Below are positions 1 to 8,742 of a stretch of 64,000 bases of DNA, one piece after another. Made by a program: the position numbers and the translations under genes. Below the pieces are notes generated by a model, which did no database searches, was not told the origin of the DNA, and was given only the letters and a program-made list of their open reading frames with translations. Positions within the stretch are counted from its first letter, which is position 1. Each line of letters starts with the position of its first letter. Source of the stretch: Bacilli bacterium (GTDB taxonomy: Bacteria; Bacillota_I; Bacilli_A; RFN20; CAG-826); contig JBGUXN010000002.1 in the NCBI GenBank assembly GCA_045222195.1, positions 17,659 through 81,658 of the forward strand. Direction: 5' to 3'.

Positions 1-2
1 GC

Positions 3-140
3 CGTAAATGGTATTGGACAAGATTCGTCGAAGATGGTGGTTTCATCCTCTGGTCATTCTTACCAATTACATTAATATTCGCAGCGATATCTGCCTACGG
101 ATTCATCTCGTTTGCTAATTGGTACGCTGCTCTATCATAA
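3..140 (+). CDS. 3' end of a membrane protein gene (partial, enters from window edge)
   Basis: Frame open from the window edge to TAA at 138-140. The tail ...GGFILWSFLPITLIFAAISAYGFISFANWYAALS is a hydrophobic helix. A hairpin terminator follows. Confidence 0.4.
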   Translation, partial: RKWYWTRFVEDGGFILWSFLPITLIFAAISAYGFISFANWYAALS

Positions 141-170
141 AAAAGCGAATCGTTGATGGTTCGCTTTTTA
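139..170. terminator. Bidirectional rho-independent terminator between convergent genes
   Basis: AAAAGCGAA (141-149) pairs with TTCGCTTTT (160-168). A-run upstream and T-run downstream. Confidence 0.7.
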
Positions 171-198
171 AATACAGGGACTTCGCAGTTTCTGTTTT

Positions 199-1116
199 CT
201 ATTCTTCTTTTGGTTCTTCTTCCTTAATTTGTAAGGCTTTGATATGCATCACAACTTCGTTAGCAATGAACACTAAGGTGATGACAATAGTGGCACCGAA
301 TGAAACATCGCTTAAGAAGTGAGCGGCCGCTAAGATACGGGCAAGAGCCACTAATAAGACTAAGCCACAACCTGCTAAGAATAGTGGTAGTTGATATTTT
401 TCAAATTTCTTATTGGCTAATGGTAAGAAAGTGAACGCCACTAAAACGATACTCGCTTCAGCGGTATGGCCGCTTGGATATGATTTGAAGTTATCTTTAT
501 GGATACCATATGTATTAATCAAATCTTTATAGTTCTTTGTTGGTTCCCACCAGTTATGGAAGAAAATATCTGGATTACTTTCGTAAGCCACTAATAATCT
601 ATAACGTGGACGATGGATAAAGTCTTTTAATCTTGGAACAATACCAAGCAAAGCAATGAGTAAGAGAACAACAACGATACAGAAAATAATCCATAAGTTC
701 TTGTTTTGATAATCTTTAAATAAGAAATAGCCACCTACCATAGCAGCACATTCAGGAATAATGACTACTAAATAACCAACCCATTCAGGGGCAGCTTTAT
801 AAAATCCATTAATACCAAAATATTCGCCAGCAGGATAAAAAATCGAGACCGCCAAACAAGCTGCGGCTAAAACACCAAATAAGATTTTAAGAGCAATATG
901 ATATTTACCTTTAACGATTAACGCGACAAAGCCGCCACCCATGGCTGCCACCGCGGCAAAACCAATTGTTGGGCCAATAGCGGACACTGTTAAAGCAAAT
1001 TTATTGTTCGCGGAAGCAATCGCTGTGCTAATTTGTAAATCAAAGAACGATCCTAAAACTATTCCTATAATCGCTACTCCTAAAGCGATAATTAAAGGAA
1101 GTCTCATTTTTTTCAT
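199..1116 (-). CDS. PAP2-family membrane phosphatase
   Basis: Motifs KDFIHRPRY (KX6RP), YPSGHT (PSGH) and ARILAAAHFLSD (SRX5HX3D-like). Multiple hydrophobic helices. Confidence 0.8.
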   Translation of the reverse strand: MKKMRLPLIIALGVAIIGIVLGSFFDLQISTAIASANNKFALTVSAIGPTIGFAAVAAMGGGFVALIVKGKYHIALKILFGVLAAACLAVSIFYPAGEYFGINGFYKAAPEWVGYLVVIIPECAAMVGGYFLFKDYQNKNLWIIFCIVVVLLLIALLGIVPRLKDFIHRPRYRLLVAYESNPDIFFHNWWEPTKNYKDLINTYGIHKDNFKSYPSGHTAEASIVLVAFTFLPLANKKFEKYQLPLFLAGCGLVLLVALARILAAAHFLSDVSFGATIVITLVFIANEVVMHIKALQIKEEEPKEE

Positions 1117-1152
1117 ACTATAAATCTCCTTCGCACTAATATATTACTCTTT

Positions 1153-2403
1153 TTATTTTAGTTTTTCTTGTTTTTTAAGGTCGTAAATGTGTTCAGTCGC
1201 AAAATGTAACTTAGTTAAATAGGCTTTCTTATTAAGTGGATATATAAAATATACATCCTTGTTATCCGCTAGTTCTAAGAAAGCACCTCTTTCTTCATAG
1301 TTATATTCAATATGTAGAGCATAGCTTTGTAAGCTAGAACGATGGAATGAGAAATCGTTATCAACGCCTTTCACATTAAAGCCTTCGTTAATATCATGAG
1401 TTAAGTGGTGGTGACCTTCTAAAGGCACAAAACCAATACCAGCGCCCATTAATTTCTCCACTCTCACATCATCATCGAAATGATACGTGCCATTAGTAAC
1501 TTCTTGTTTAACGCATTCTTTTTCCCATTTATACCATTTACTTGGATAGTCAAATTTGGTTTCTCCATTAGTGCATTCTAAATGCCCATCTTCTAAATAG
1601 TCATAGGTAATACCACAGTGATTGCATTTTAAGAAGTGGCCTTCAGAGGACATTTCAAATTCAGCGCCACAATGTGGACACTTATAAAGGATTCTTTCTA
1701 GACCGACCGCTCTATTCTCATATTTGATTTTAATATTCTTTAATTCCATCCAATCTTCTTCGGAATTATAGAATTTGCTTTCAATCTTTTCTTGAATCTC
1801 TTGAGCGCTTAAGTTTTCTAAGTCATTCTTATCGATAATGGTTTCAATTTCATTAACAATAGGTCTAACCTTTCTCACTTTACGGTCACTCCATTGTGGG
1901 CAATATAAGTAGTTACCATGTTCTCTATTTAAAACGACTGGAACATTCGCCATCTTCGCGAATCTACCTAAACTTTTATCAATTCTTTCGGTTTCACCCA
2001 TGAAAGAGTATCTAGCTTCTGGATAGATAACTAAGATTTTCTTCTTTTTAAGAACTTCTAAATATCTAATAGCCCCCTTAGGGTCATTAGTGAATTTTCT
2101 TTTAGCAAGAACACCAATTCTTCTAAAGATAAAGAATCTAGGAATGAATTCCTCAACAGTGCTAATCCAATAGACTTTATGTGGGAATGTTAAACATAAA
2201 GCCATATAAAAGTCCAACATGGAAGCGTGTGTACTAATTAAGATATATGGAGGCTTTGGTAACTTATTCTTTTTAACAATTTTAGCGTGGTTTTTAATTT
2301 TATTAATTAAACCAATAATCCAAATAATAATATAAAAAAGAGTCCACGTTCTTTGGTAAGGGAGATCTGGAGTAATCTCCGGATATTTTTTCTCTTTTGC
2401 CAT
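1153..2403 (-). CDS. Lysophospholipid/glycerol-phosphate acyltransferase family protein with C-terminal zinc ribbon
   Basis: HX4D motif HASMLD, block VIYPEARYS, N-terminal TM helix. C-terminal CPHCG...CNHCG. Confidence 0.7.
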   Translation of the reverse strand: MAKEKKYPEITPDLPYQRTWTLFYIIIWIIGLINKIKNHAKIVKKNKLPKPPYILISTHASMLDFYMALCLTFPHKVYWISTVEEFIPRFFIFRRIGVLAKRKFTNDPKGAIRYLEVLKKKKILVIYPEARYSFMGETERIDKSLGRFAKMANVPVVLNREHGNYLYCPQWSDRKVRKVRPIVNEIETIIDKNDLENLSAQEIQEKIESKFYNSEEDWMELKNIKIKYENRAVGLERILYKCPHCGAEFEMSSEGHFLKCNHCGITYDYLEDGHLECTNGETKFDYPSKWYKWEKECVKQEVTNGTYHFDDDVRVEKLMGAGIGFVPLEGHHHLTHDINEGFNVKGVDNDFSFHRSSLQSYALHIEYNYEERGAFLELADNKDVYFIYPLNKKAYLTKLHFATEHIYDLKKQEKLK

Positions 2404-2497
2404 GTAATAATTATACCTGTTTCGTCACAATTCACTAAATATATGTAATTTATACGTATATGTGCAATAATTAAGGTATAGCCAGGAAATATTTAAT

Positions 2498-3490
2498 ATG
2501 GATTTGAAAGCCACCCCTAAATTTTGTGTGCACTGTGGATCTCCGATTAAACCAGGAGAAAAGTTTTGCATGAAATGTGGCGCTCAACTCGTCAAGAATC
2601 TTTACGATAAAACAGCGATTGAACCCACAAAGATTGAACCAACCGAAGTTAAACCAACAGAAATAGAACCCACCAAGATAGAGCCGACAAAAATCGAACC
2701 GACTGAAATCAAACCAACAGAGATTAAGCCGACTGAGATTGAGCCAACTCCTATAGAACCTACCCCAATTGAGCCAACACCAATTAAAGCTGGTGTCTTT
2801 AATAATAGGTTCTTTATGTTTTTCACTCACCCAAACATTTTGATATGGGGCGCTATTAATCTTGGTTCAACCTTATTCCATGTTATTTCAGTTAGCGCTG
2901 GTGGCTTTAACTGGTGGAATATCATTTCTTTGATTCTCGTGCTCGGTTCATTATTTGAAGTAGTATGGGGCATTATCACAGCGCCAGTTAACAAAACTAA
3001 TCCAGATGGTTCACCTAAGAGCAAAGGCAAAATCCTTGGCGATAAGATGAAATCTATATTTAAAGGCAATGGTCCAAAACCAAGCCCTAAGAACTTAATT
3101 GGTATTATCGGTAGTAGTATCGGAGTTCTTGCTTTAGTTATTTTTATTCTTGGATCATTATTCTCTGGTTTCAAAAACCACGTTGTTATAGACGGTTATA
3201 CCTTTAGGTATTCATATACTGGCTATGGTTATAACCCTGAAGTTGATTATGAACTAGTGACATTCTATCCTGGCTATAAAGCACGCAATACAATTTATGA
3301 AAAAGGAGTAATCACATTCCAAGCCTATGGCCCATATTGGCGAATTGGCGATGAATGCGGCCTTAAATTAAAAACATGTGAAGTTGGCACAATGAATAGC
3401 TGGGGAGAATGGGGTGTTACAACCAACTTCCATATTAATAGTTATAAGCATTTGCAAAGTGGTGGTTGCCACTTCTATAGGACTAAATAG
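2498..3490 (+). CDS. Zinc-ribbon membrane protein with an 11x EPTxI pentapeptide repeat linker
   Basis: N-terminal CVHCG-x10-FCMKCG. The repeat occupies aa 42-96, followed by 3 hydrophobic helices and a Cys/Trp/Tyr-rich C-terminal domain. Confidence 0.75.
   Translation: MDLKATPKFCVHCGSPIKPGEKFCMKCGAQLVKNLYDKTAIEPTKIEPTEVKPTEIEPTKIEPTKIEPTEIKPTEIKPTEIEPTPIEPTPIEPTPIKAGVFNNRFFMFFTHPNILIWGAINLGSTLFHVISVSAGGFNWWNIISLILVLGSLFEVVWGIITAPVNKTNPDGSPKSKGKILGDKMKSIFKGNGPKPSPKNLIGIIGSSIGVLALVIFILGSLFSGFKNHVVIDGYTFRYSYTGYGYNPEVDYELVTFYPGYKARNTIYEKGVITFQAYGPYWRIGDECGLKLKTCEVGTMNSWGEWGVTTNFHINSYKHLQSGGCHFYRTK
2621..2785 (+). repeat. 11 in-frame tandem 15-nt units encoding (E/K)PT(K/E/P)(I/V)
   Basis: Read directly: gaacccacaaagatt / gaaccaaccgaagtt / aaaccaacagaaata ... 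gagccaacaccaatt. Units differ mostly at synonymous positions. Confidence 0.9.
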
Positions 3491-3492
3491 TT

Positions 3493-3954
3493 ATGAATTT
3501 TAATAGTGGAACTCGTTTAGTGTTTATTATCTTCCTCGCTGTGATTGCGGTTCTTTTCATTTTATTAATTCTTGCCGCGGTTATTGGCAAAAAGAAGAGA
3601 AAAGTACCCGTTATCTTAAAGGTTTTTACCATTTTATTCACTGTATTATCTATCGCGGGTGGATTTGTGTTTCCATTCACTTATTACTGCAATATCCCAC
3701 TTAATCTTAAGTACGGTCGTTTTATGGGAAATGGCACCCCTGATTATCTTGTCGTTCATCACGACAGTGTGGAATTACACGAAAATGGTGAGTCAAGGGG
3801 TTTAAAAGGTACCTATACCATTAAAAACGATGTTTTAGAAATAACTTATAAAGATGGCACTACAGATAAGTTTATTGTTAAACATTTTGGCGCTGAACTC
3901 GTTGACCCAGTCACAAATATGAGAGCGTATTACTACACAGGAGATAAGAAATAA
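3493..3954 (+). CDS. Small membrane protein, unknown function
   Basis: Two N-terminal hydrophobic helices followed by a soluble domain of about 85 aa. Sits between zinc-ribbon paralogues, starting 3 nt after the upstream stop. Confidence 0.6.
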   Translation: MNFNSGTRLVFIIFLAVIAVLFILLILAAVIGKKKRKVPVILKVFTILFTVLSIAGGFVFPFTYYCNIPLNLKYGRFMGNGTPDYLVVHHDSVELHENGESRGLKGTYTIKNDVLEITYKDGTTDKFIVKHFGAELVDPVTNMRAYYYTGDKK

Positions 3955-3957
3955 TTT

Positions 3958-4863
3958 ATGAAGTTCTGTGCGTATTGTGGTGCCAAATTAAACGATAACG
4001 ATAAGTTCTGCCTCATGTGTGGCGAGAAATGTATCGACTTTTTTGATGAAAACGAAGAATATGCTTCTAATTTAGAAGAAGAAAACAAAAAACTCGAAGA
4101 AGAAAAACTCGAAGCGGAACGTAAGGCTAAAGAAGAAGCCGAACGTTTAGAACAAGAACGATTAGCGGAAGAAGCTCGTCTTAAAGCCGAAGAAGAAGCG
4201 AGACTTGAAGCTGAAAGATTAGAACAAGAACGCCTGGCAAGAGAAGAAGCTGAACGCTTAGAAAGAGAACGCATTGAGGAAGAAAAACGCCTTGAAGCTG
4301 AGCGTTTAGAAAAAGAAAGGCTCGAAGAAGAAGCCCGCTTGAAAGCGGAAGAAGAGGCGAGAAAAGAAGCGGAACGTTTAGAACAAGAAAGAATCGCTAA
4401 AGAAGAAGCCGAAAGACAAGCCGAACTTGCTAAAAAAGAACAGGAGAACAAAGATATTGTTGCTATGCAACAAGAAATCGAAAGATTAAAAGCAGAATTA
4501 GCTAATTCTAAGCAAGCTCAACCAATTGATGAAGATCTTGAAGAGCCTGAACCAGCTCCTCAAGTCATACCATATGTGGCTTTTAAAAAGGAGAATATAG
4601 TTCTTCCTCTTGTTTTATTTATCGTTTCATTTTTGATAGCTTTCGCATATATCTTGCTTAAAGACATGTTTGATTTAAGCATCATTATCTTTGGTGTGGG
4701 TGTAGCGGCAGTCCTTTTCACCTTTATTAGTTCTTTAATCATTAGAAAGAAATATGGGCCTGCCACTAAATGGCTCTGCTTAATTAATATCTTATGTTGT
4801 ATTGGCTTATTAGCGTTCTTACTCATTACACTTTTAAGTTCCTTCCCAGGAGGAGGCAAATAA
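3958..4863 (+). CDS. Zinc-ribbon membrane protein with a long E/R/K/A-rich helical linker
   Basis: N-terminal CAYCG-x10-FCLMCG. About 125 aa of [23 protein letters not shown]-type sequence, then 3 C-terminal TM helices. Confidence 0.75.
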   Translation: MKFCAYCGAKLNDNDKFCLMCGEKCIDFFDENEEYASNLEEENKKLEEEKLEAERKAKEEAERLEQERLAEEARLKAEEEARLEAERLEQERLAREEAERLERERIEEEKRLEAERLEKERLEEEARLKAEEEARKEAERLEQERIAKEEAERQAELAKKEQENKDIVAMQQEIERLKAELANSKQAQPIDEDLEEPEPAPQVIPYVAFKKENIVLPLVLFIVSFLIAFAYILLKDMFDLSIIIFGVGVAAVLFTFISSLIIRKKYGPATKWLCLINILCCIGLLAFLLITLLSSFPGGGK

Positions 4864-4864
4864 T

Positions 4865-5746
4865 ATGAAATATTGTCCTAATTGTGGTTCGCAGTTACCA
4901 GATGAAGCAAGATTCTGCCCTAATTGTGGCACTAAGCAACCAAATATGGAGAACGCTCCCGCTCCGCAACCAGCGCCAGTAGTGGAACAAACTCCAGCAC
5001 CTCAACCAGCACCTGCTCCAGTTCCTCAAGAACCAGCGCAAATGACTCCAGGTCAAAGATACAATTATCTAAAACAAAATGATGAAAGATTCAAAGCTAC
5101 CGTCAAGGTTATTTCTGTCCTCAAATTTTTGGGATTGATTAGCTTGCTATTTATCATTCCGTGGTTAGTGTGTTATTTAACACCAGTTGGCACATTAACA
5201 GGCATTGATGCCAATGATTATGGCAATAACATCATGTCAATTTCTGGTAAATCATTCCCATATAATTTCTCTATGTATGAAGTCCAGTTTGTTTTAAGAT
5301 CATGGGCAAAAGTGGGCAAATATAAACTAACACCTAATAATTCTTTGGGTAACAATGTTATGCCAAGTGTTTTGTGGTACTTTGGCTTTTTGTTCATGGT
5401 CTTGCTTGCTTTAGTGTCGATACTTGGCATGCCTAGAGGCTTTGTTCTAAAAACATATGAAAAAGATCCTAAAGAGTTATATAAAGCCGTTAAAAACAAT
5501 ACAGTTTGGTTCTTTGGTCCAGCACTTACAATTATCGCCATGGTTAACGCCATCCTCACTTATTCAAATTGTAAAAATTTAGATTGGAGTGATATGAGCG
5601 GTTGTTTCTTGGGTATAATCGTAGAAAACAAAGCAGGATTAATCGCTGTTGTCGTAGTTAGTGTAATTTTTATACTTATCATGCTCGCGGGCTCAATTGT
5701 TCCAAGAATAATACTATTTAATAAGCTTAAAAAGCATTATCAATAA
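4865..5746 (+). CDS. Zinc-ribbon membrane protein with a Pro/Ala/Gln-rich linker
   Basis: N-terminal CPNCG-x10-FCPNCG, linker APAPQPAPVVEQTPAPQPAPAPVPQEP, and several TM helices. Confidence 0.75.
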   Translation: MKYCPNCGSQLPDEARFCPNCGTKQPNMENAPAPQPAPVVEQTPAPQPAPAPVPQEPAQMTPGQRYNYLKQNDERFKATVKVISVLKFLGLISLLFIIPWLVCYLTPVGTLTGIDANDYGNNIMSISGKSFPYNFSMYEVQFVLRSWAKVGKYKLTPNNSLGNNVMPSVLWYFGFLFMVLLALVSILGMPRGFVLKTYEKDPKELYKAVKNNTVWFFGPALTIIAMVNAILTYSNCKNLDWSDMSGCFLGIIVENKAGLIAVVVVSVIFILIMLAGSIVPRIILFNKLKKHYQ

Positions 5747-5767
5747 TTAATAAAATATACTGAAAAC

Positions 5768-5790
5768 GCCGCCTTAGTGGTGGCTTTTTT
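5768..5790 (+). terminator. Rho-independent terminator
   Basis: GCCGCC (5768-5773) pairs with GGTGGC (5779-5784), including one G-T wobble, followed by TTTTTT. Confidence 0.65.
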
Positions 5791-5822
5791 CTTGCATAAA
5801 ATCTAAATAAATTACAAAATAC

Positions 5823-5851
5823 TTTACAACGCTAAAGTGATAAATTATAAT
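5823..5851 (+). promoter_or_regulatory. Sigma-70-type promoter of the amino-acid ABC operon
   Basis: TTTACA (5823-5828), 17 nt spacer, TATAAT (5846-5851). Lies 48 nt upstream of the ATG at 5899. Confidence 0.6.
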
Positions 5852-5898
5852 TGATGACAGTTTAACGATTTAGTGCGTTAAAGTAAGGAGTCAATTAA

Positions 5899-6684
5899 AT
5901 GAAATTTATTAAAGCATTACCATTATTAATGGTAGCAGGATTATCTCTCGTTGGATGTAATAAAGCGGGAGACGTTGAAAATATTAAAAAAACAGGTTTC
6001 TTAAATGTTGGTATAACAATGTATGAACCAATGGATTATTTCGATACAGATGGCGAAACCGTTATTGGTTTTGATGCTGAACTAGCTAATGCATTTGCTA
6101 AGACATTAGACGCAGAAGCGCGTTTCATTGTTATTAAATGGGATTCAAAAGTTCTCGAACTCAATAGTGGCAAGATCGATGTCATTTGGAATGGGATGAC
6201 CATCACTGATGAATTAAAGAAGAATATCGATTTAACTATTCCATACGCCACCAATTATCAATGTGTCGTTACTAAGACCGCTAATATCGCTGACTATACC
6301 AGCGCTGATTCTATTAAAGATAAGAAAGTAGCAGTGGAATCTGGTTCCGCTGGTGAAGCAGTGGCAGAAGGCGTTGCTAATTTAAATAAAGTCACTTCTC
6401 AAGAAGCTGCTTTACTTGAAGTTAAAGCGGGTACGTCTGATTGCGCTATTATCGACGTCACTATGGCCAATAGTGTTGTGGGCAAAGGCGATTTCACTGG
6501 TTTATCCACAGTCAGCGCGGATCTCATCGCTTTTGAAAAAGAAGATTTCGGTGTTGGAGCGCGCAAAGGTAGCGACCTCACCGATAAATTGAATGTCTTT
6601 TTCAAAGACAGTTATAAATCAGGTTTATTAACTACATTGTCCACCAAATATAACGTTGCTATTAACGATGCGACTTTAAAATAA
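5899..6684 (+). CDS. Polar amino-acid ABC transporter substrate-binding lipoprotein
   Basis: Signal peptide with lipobox LVGC. SBP_bac_3-like GFLNVGITMYEPMDYFD..GETVIGFDAELANAF. Confidence 0.85.
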   Translation: MKFIKALPLLMVAGLSLVGCNKAGDVENIKKTGFLNVGITMYEPMDYFDTDGETVIGFDAELANAFAKTLDAEARFIVIKWDSKVLELNSGKIDVIWNGMTITDELKKNIDLTIPYATNYQCVVTKTANIADYTSADSIKDKKVAVESGSAGEAVAEGVANLNKVTSQEAALLEVKAGTSDCAIIDVTMANSVVGKGDFTGLSTVSADLIAFEKEDFGVGARKGSDLTDKLNVFFKDSYKSGLLTTLSTKYNVAINDATLK

Positions 6685-6685
6685 A

Positions 6686-7375
6686 ATGGCAGATTTTCTA
6701 TCTATAACATTAGAGTTACTTAATGGTTTAGCAAGCTCCTTCTTTCTATTCCTTCTCACCTTGCTATTCTCTTTGCCTTTAGGGTTAATAATGTGTTTCG
6801 CAACAATGGCAAAGTTCAAACCGTTAAGCTGGTTATCTCAAGGTATTGTTCTCGTACTAAGAGGTACCCCTCTAATGTTACAGATATTTGTCATTTTCTA
6901 TGTACCAGGTCTCTTATTTAACTTTCAGTGGCCATCATTAACCACGGGTAATGTCTGGTTTGATAACACATTCAATACAAGATTCATCGCCGCTTTAGTG
7001 GCATTTGTTATTAATTACGCTGCTTATTTCTCCGAAATATTTAGGGGCGGCATCCAATCTATTCCAAAAGGTCAATTTGAAGCGGGTGCGGTCTTAGGAA
7101 TGAGCAAGAAAGAAGTATTCTTTAAAGTCATTCTTCTTCAAATGATAAAAAGAATAGTGCCTCCAATGGGTAACGAAGTTATCACTTTAATTAAAGATAC
7201 CTCTTTAGCCAATGTCATCGCTGTAACTGAACTCATGTTTAGAGCGCAGCAACAATTAAATAAAGGCCTTATATGGCCAATCTTCTACGCTGGTTTGTTC
7301 TACTTGTTATTCAATACATTAGTGACCTACCTTTTAAAACTTACAGAAAGAAAACTCGAATATATCAAGGTGTAA
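6686..7375 (+). CDS. Amino-acid ABC transporter permease (His/Glu/Gln/Arg/opine type)
   Basis: EAA-loop region EAGAVLGMSKKEVFFKVILLQMIKRIVPPMGNEVITLIKDTSLA. Five hydrophobic helices. Confidence 0.85.
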   Translation: MADFLSITLELLNGLASSFFLFLLTLLFSLPLGLIMCFATMAKFKPLSWLSQGIVLVLRGTPLMLQIFVIFYVPGLLFNFQWPSLTTGNVWFDNTFNTRFIAALVAFVINYAAYFSEIFRGGIQSIPKGQFEAGAVLGMSKKEVFFKVILLQMIKRIVPPMGNEVITLIKDTSLANVIAVTELMFRAQQQLNKGLIWPIFYAGLFYLLFNTLVTYLLKLTERKLEYIKV

Positions 7376-7376
7376 T

Positions 7377-8156
7377 ATGTCTTATTATTCCGTTAATAAT
7401 TTAAATAAATCTTATGGTAAGAATCTTATCTTAAAAGATATTAACTTCTCCATTAATGAAGGAGAGGTTCTTTCTATTATTGGGAGAAGTGGATGTGGTA
7501 AAACCACATTACTCCGCTCTTTAAATTATTTAGAAAGTATTGATTCTGGTACAGTCACACTAAACGATGAACTTCTTTTATCTAATGAATATCCAAAGAA
7601 AGAAAAAGATGTAATTAAAAATAGAATCCATTATGGCTTAGTCTTTCAATCCTTTAATCTATTTCCTCAATATACAGTCTTTGAAAATATCGCCTTACCA
7701 TTAAGGTTAATGGAAGAAAAAAGAAAGAAAGACAATCTTCCTTCTTTGCTCAATAAATCAATTGAAGAAGAAGTAATGGATTTATTAACTAAGATTGGTT
7801 TAGAAACTAAAAAAGATTTCTATCCTAGTGAGTTAAGTGGTGGTCAATCTCAAAGAGTGGCGATTGCTAGAGCGATGGCCCTCAAGCCAGATATCTTATG
7901 CTTTGACGAACCAACAAGTGCATTAGATCCAGAACTAACAGGCGAAGTTTTAAAAGTCATTTTAGAACTCAAAGAAAAGTATCATTTAACGATGATCATA
8001 GTGACTCACGAAATGGCATTCGCGAAGAAAATTAGTGATAAAGTCCTATTTATGGACGATGGAGAAATCATCGAATTTGGCACTCCTAAACAAGTGTTTA
8101 ACTCCTCTAATGAAAGAACAAAATCCTTCCTAAATTCATATATCGCTTTAAATTAG
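7377..8156 (+). CDS. Amino-acid ABC transporter ATP-binding protein
   Basis: Walker A GRSGCGKTT, signature LSGGQSQR, Walker B ILCFDEPTSALD. Confidence 0.9.
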   Translation: MSYYSVNNLNKSYGKNLILKDINFSINEGEVLSIIGRSGCGKTTLLRSLNYLESIDSGTVTLNDELLLSNEYPKKEKDVIKNRIHYGLVFQSFNLFPQYTVFENIALPLRLMEEKRKKDNLPSLLNKSIEEEVMDLLTKIGLETKKDFYPSELSGGQSQRVAIARAMALKPDILCFDEPTSALDPELTGEVLKVILELKEKYHLTMIIVTHEMAFAKKISDKVLFMDDGEIIEFGTPKQVFNSSNERTKSFLNSYIALN

Positions 8157-8185
8157 TAAAGTAAGTTGTTAGAATATATGAAAAT

Positions 8186-8461
8186 ATGAAAAAGATAGAC
8201 CATTCTGAACTTTATAAGGAAATTTTAAAACTTGAAACTCTCGAGGAGTGCGAGAAGTTTTTTGATGACTTATGCACAATTAATGAATTAGACGCCATGC
8301 TTCAAAGAATTAAGGCGGCTAAAATGTTACTTGAAGACAAAACGTTCCAAGAGGTCACAAAAGAAACAAAGATTAGTAGTGCTACCTTAGCCAGAATATC
8401 TAAATGTATTAAATATGGCGATGGTGGTTATAAAGATATCTTAGAAAAGAAAGAAAAATGA
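8186..8461 (+). CDS. YerC/YecD-type TrpR-like small DNA-binding protein
   Basis: FFDDLCTINELDAMLQRIKAAKML...ISSATLARISKCIKYGDGGY matches the YerC/YecD pattern as I remember it. Confidence 0.7.
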   Translation: MKKIDHSELYKEILKLETLEECEKFFDDLCTINELDAMLQRIKAAKMLLEDKTFQEVTKETKISSATLARISKCIKYGDGGYKDILEKKEK

Positions 8462-8482
8462 TCTCCGTTGGAGGTCTTTTTT
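8460..8482 (+). terminator. Rho-independent terminator
   Basis: GATCTCC pairs with GGAGGTC (one wobble), followed by TTTTTT. Confidence 0.6.
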
Positions 8483-8496
8483 AAAGGTACATCGTT

Positions 8497-8742
8497 ATGG
8501 CGTTAAAACAGAAATGGAAAAAATCAGGTAAATCAGTAGGTAAAGCTTTCTCTAACTTTGGTAGAGCCTTTGGCAAAACCATGAAAGTGGCTTTTACTGA
8601 TGATCCTAACTGTATTGAAAGTAATGGTCATACAGAAACCGCGAATAGATGGAGAGAAACTGGTAAAGCCTTTGGCGAAGCTGGTAAAGATTTCGGTGCC
8701 GCTATGGAAGGTACAGTCGATAAAGTAGTGGGAAACGATTAA
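8497..8742 (+). CDS. Small basic protein with GKAF/FG repeats, unknown function
   Basis: 81-aa ORF with internal repeats VGKAFSNFGRAFGK and TGKAFGEAGKDFGA. Its stop abuts the ATG of the next gene. Confidence 0.5.
   Translation: MALKQKWKKSGKSVGKAFSNFGRAFGKTMKVAFTDDPNCIESNGHTETANRWRETGKAFGEAGKDFGAAMEGTVDKVVGND

Noticed and set aside
2621-2785. Possible CRISPR or minisatellite array
   Set aside because: The units are 15 nt and contiguous, with no spacers, and lie in frame inside a CDS. This is a coding repeat, not a CRISPR array.
2471-2830. Minus-strand ORFs 2471-2830 and 2602-2826 (G/S/V/I and F/W/C-rich repeats)
   Set aside because: They are antisense shadows of the 15-nt EPTxI repeat. The plus-strand gene has the zinc ribbon, SD-like AGGAAA and a coherent domain structure.
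3933-4451. 172-aa Ser/Ala/Leu-rich ORF on the minus strand
   Set aside because: It is the antisense shadow of the GAA/GCx/CGx-rich E/R/K/A repeat of the 3958-4863 gene. It has no SD and its composition is a mirror artefact.
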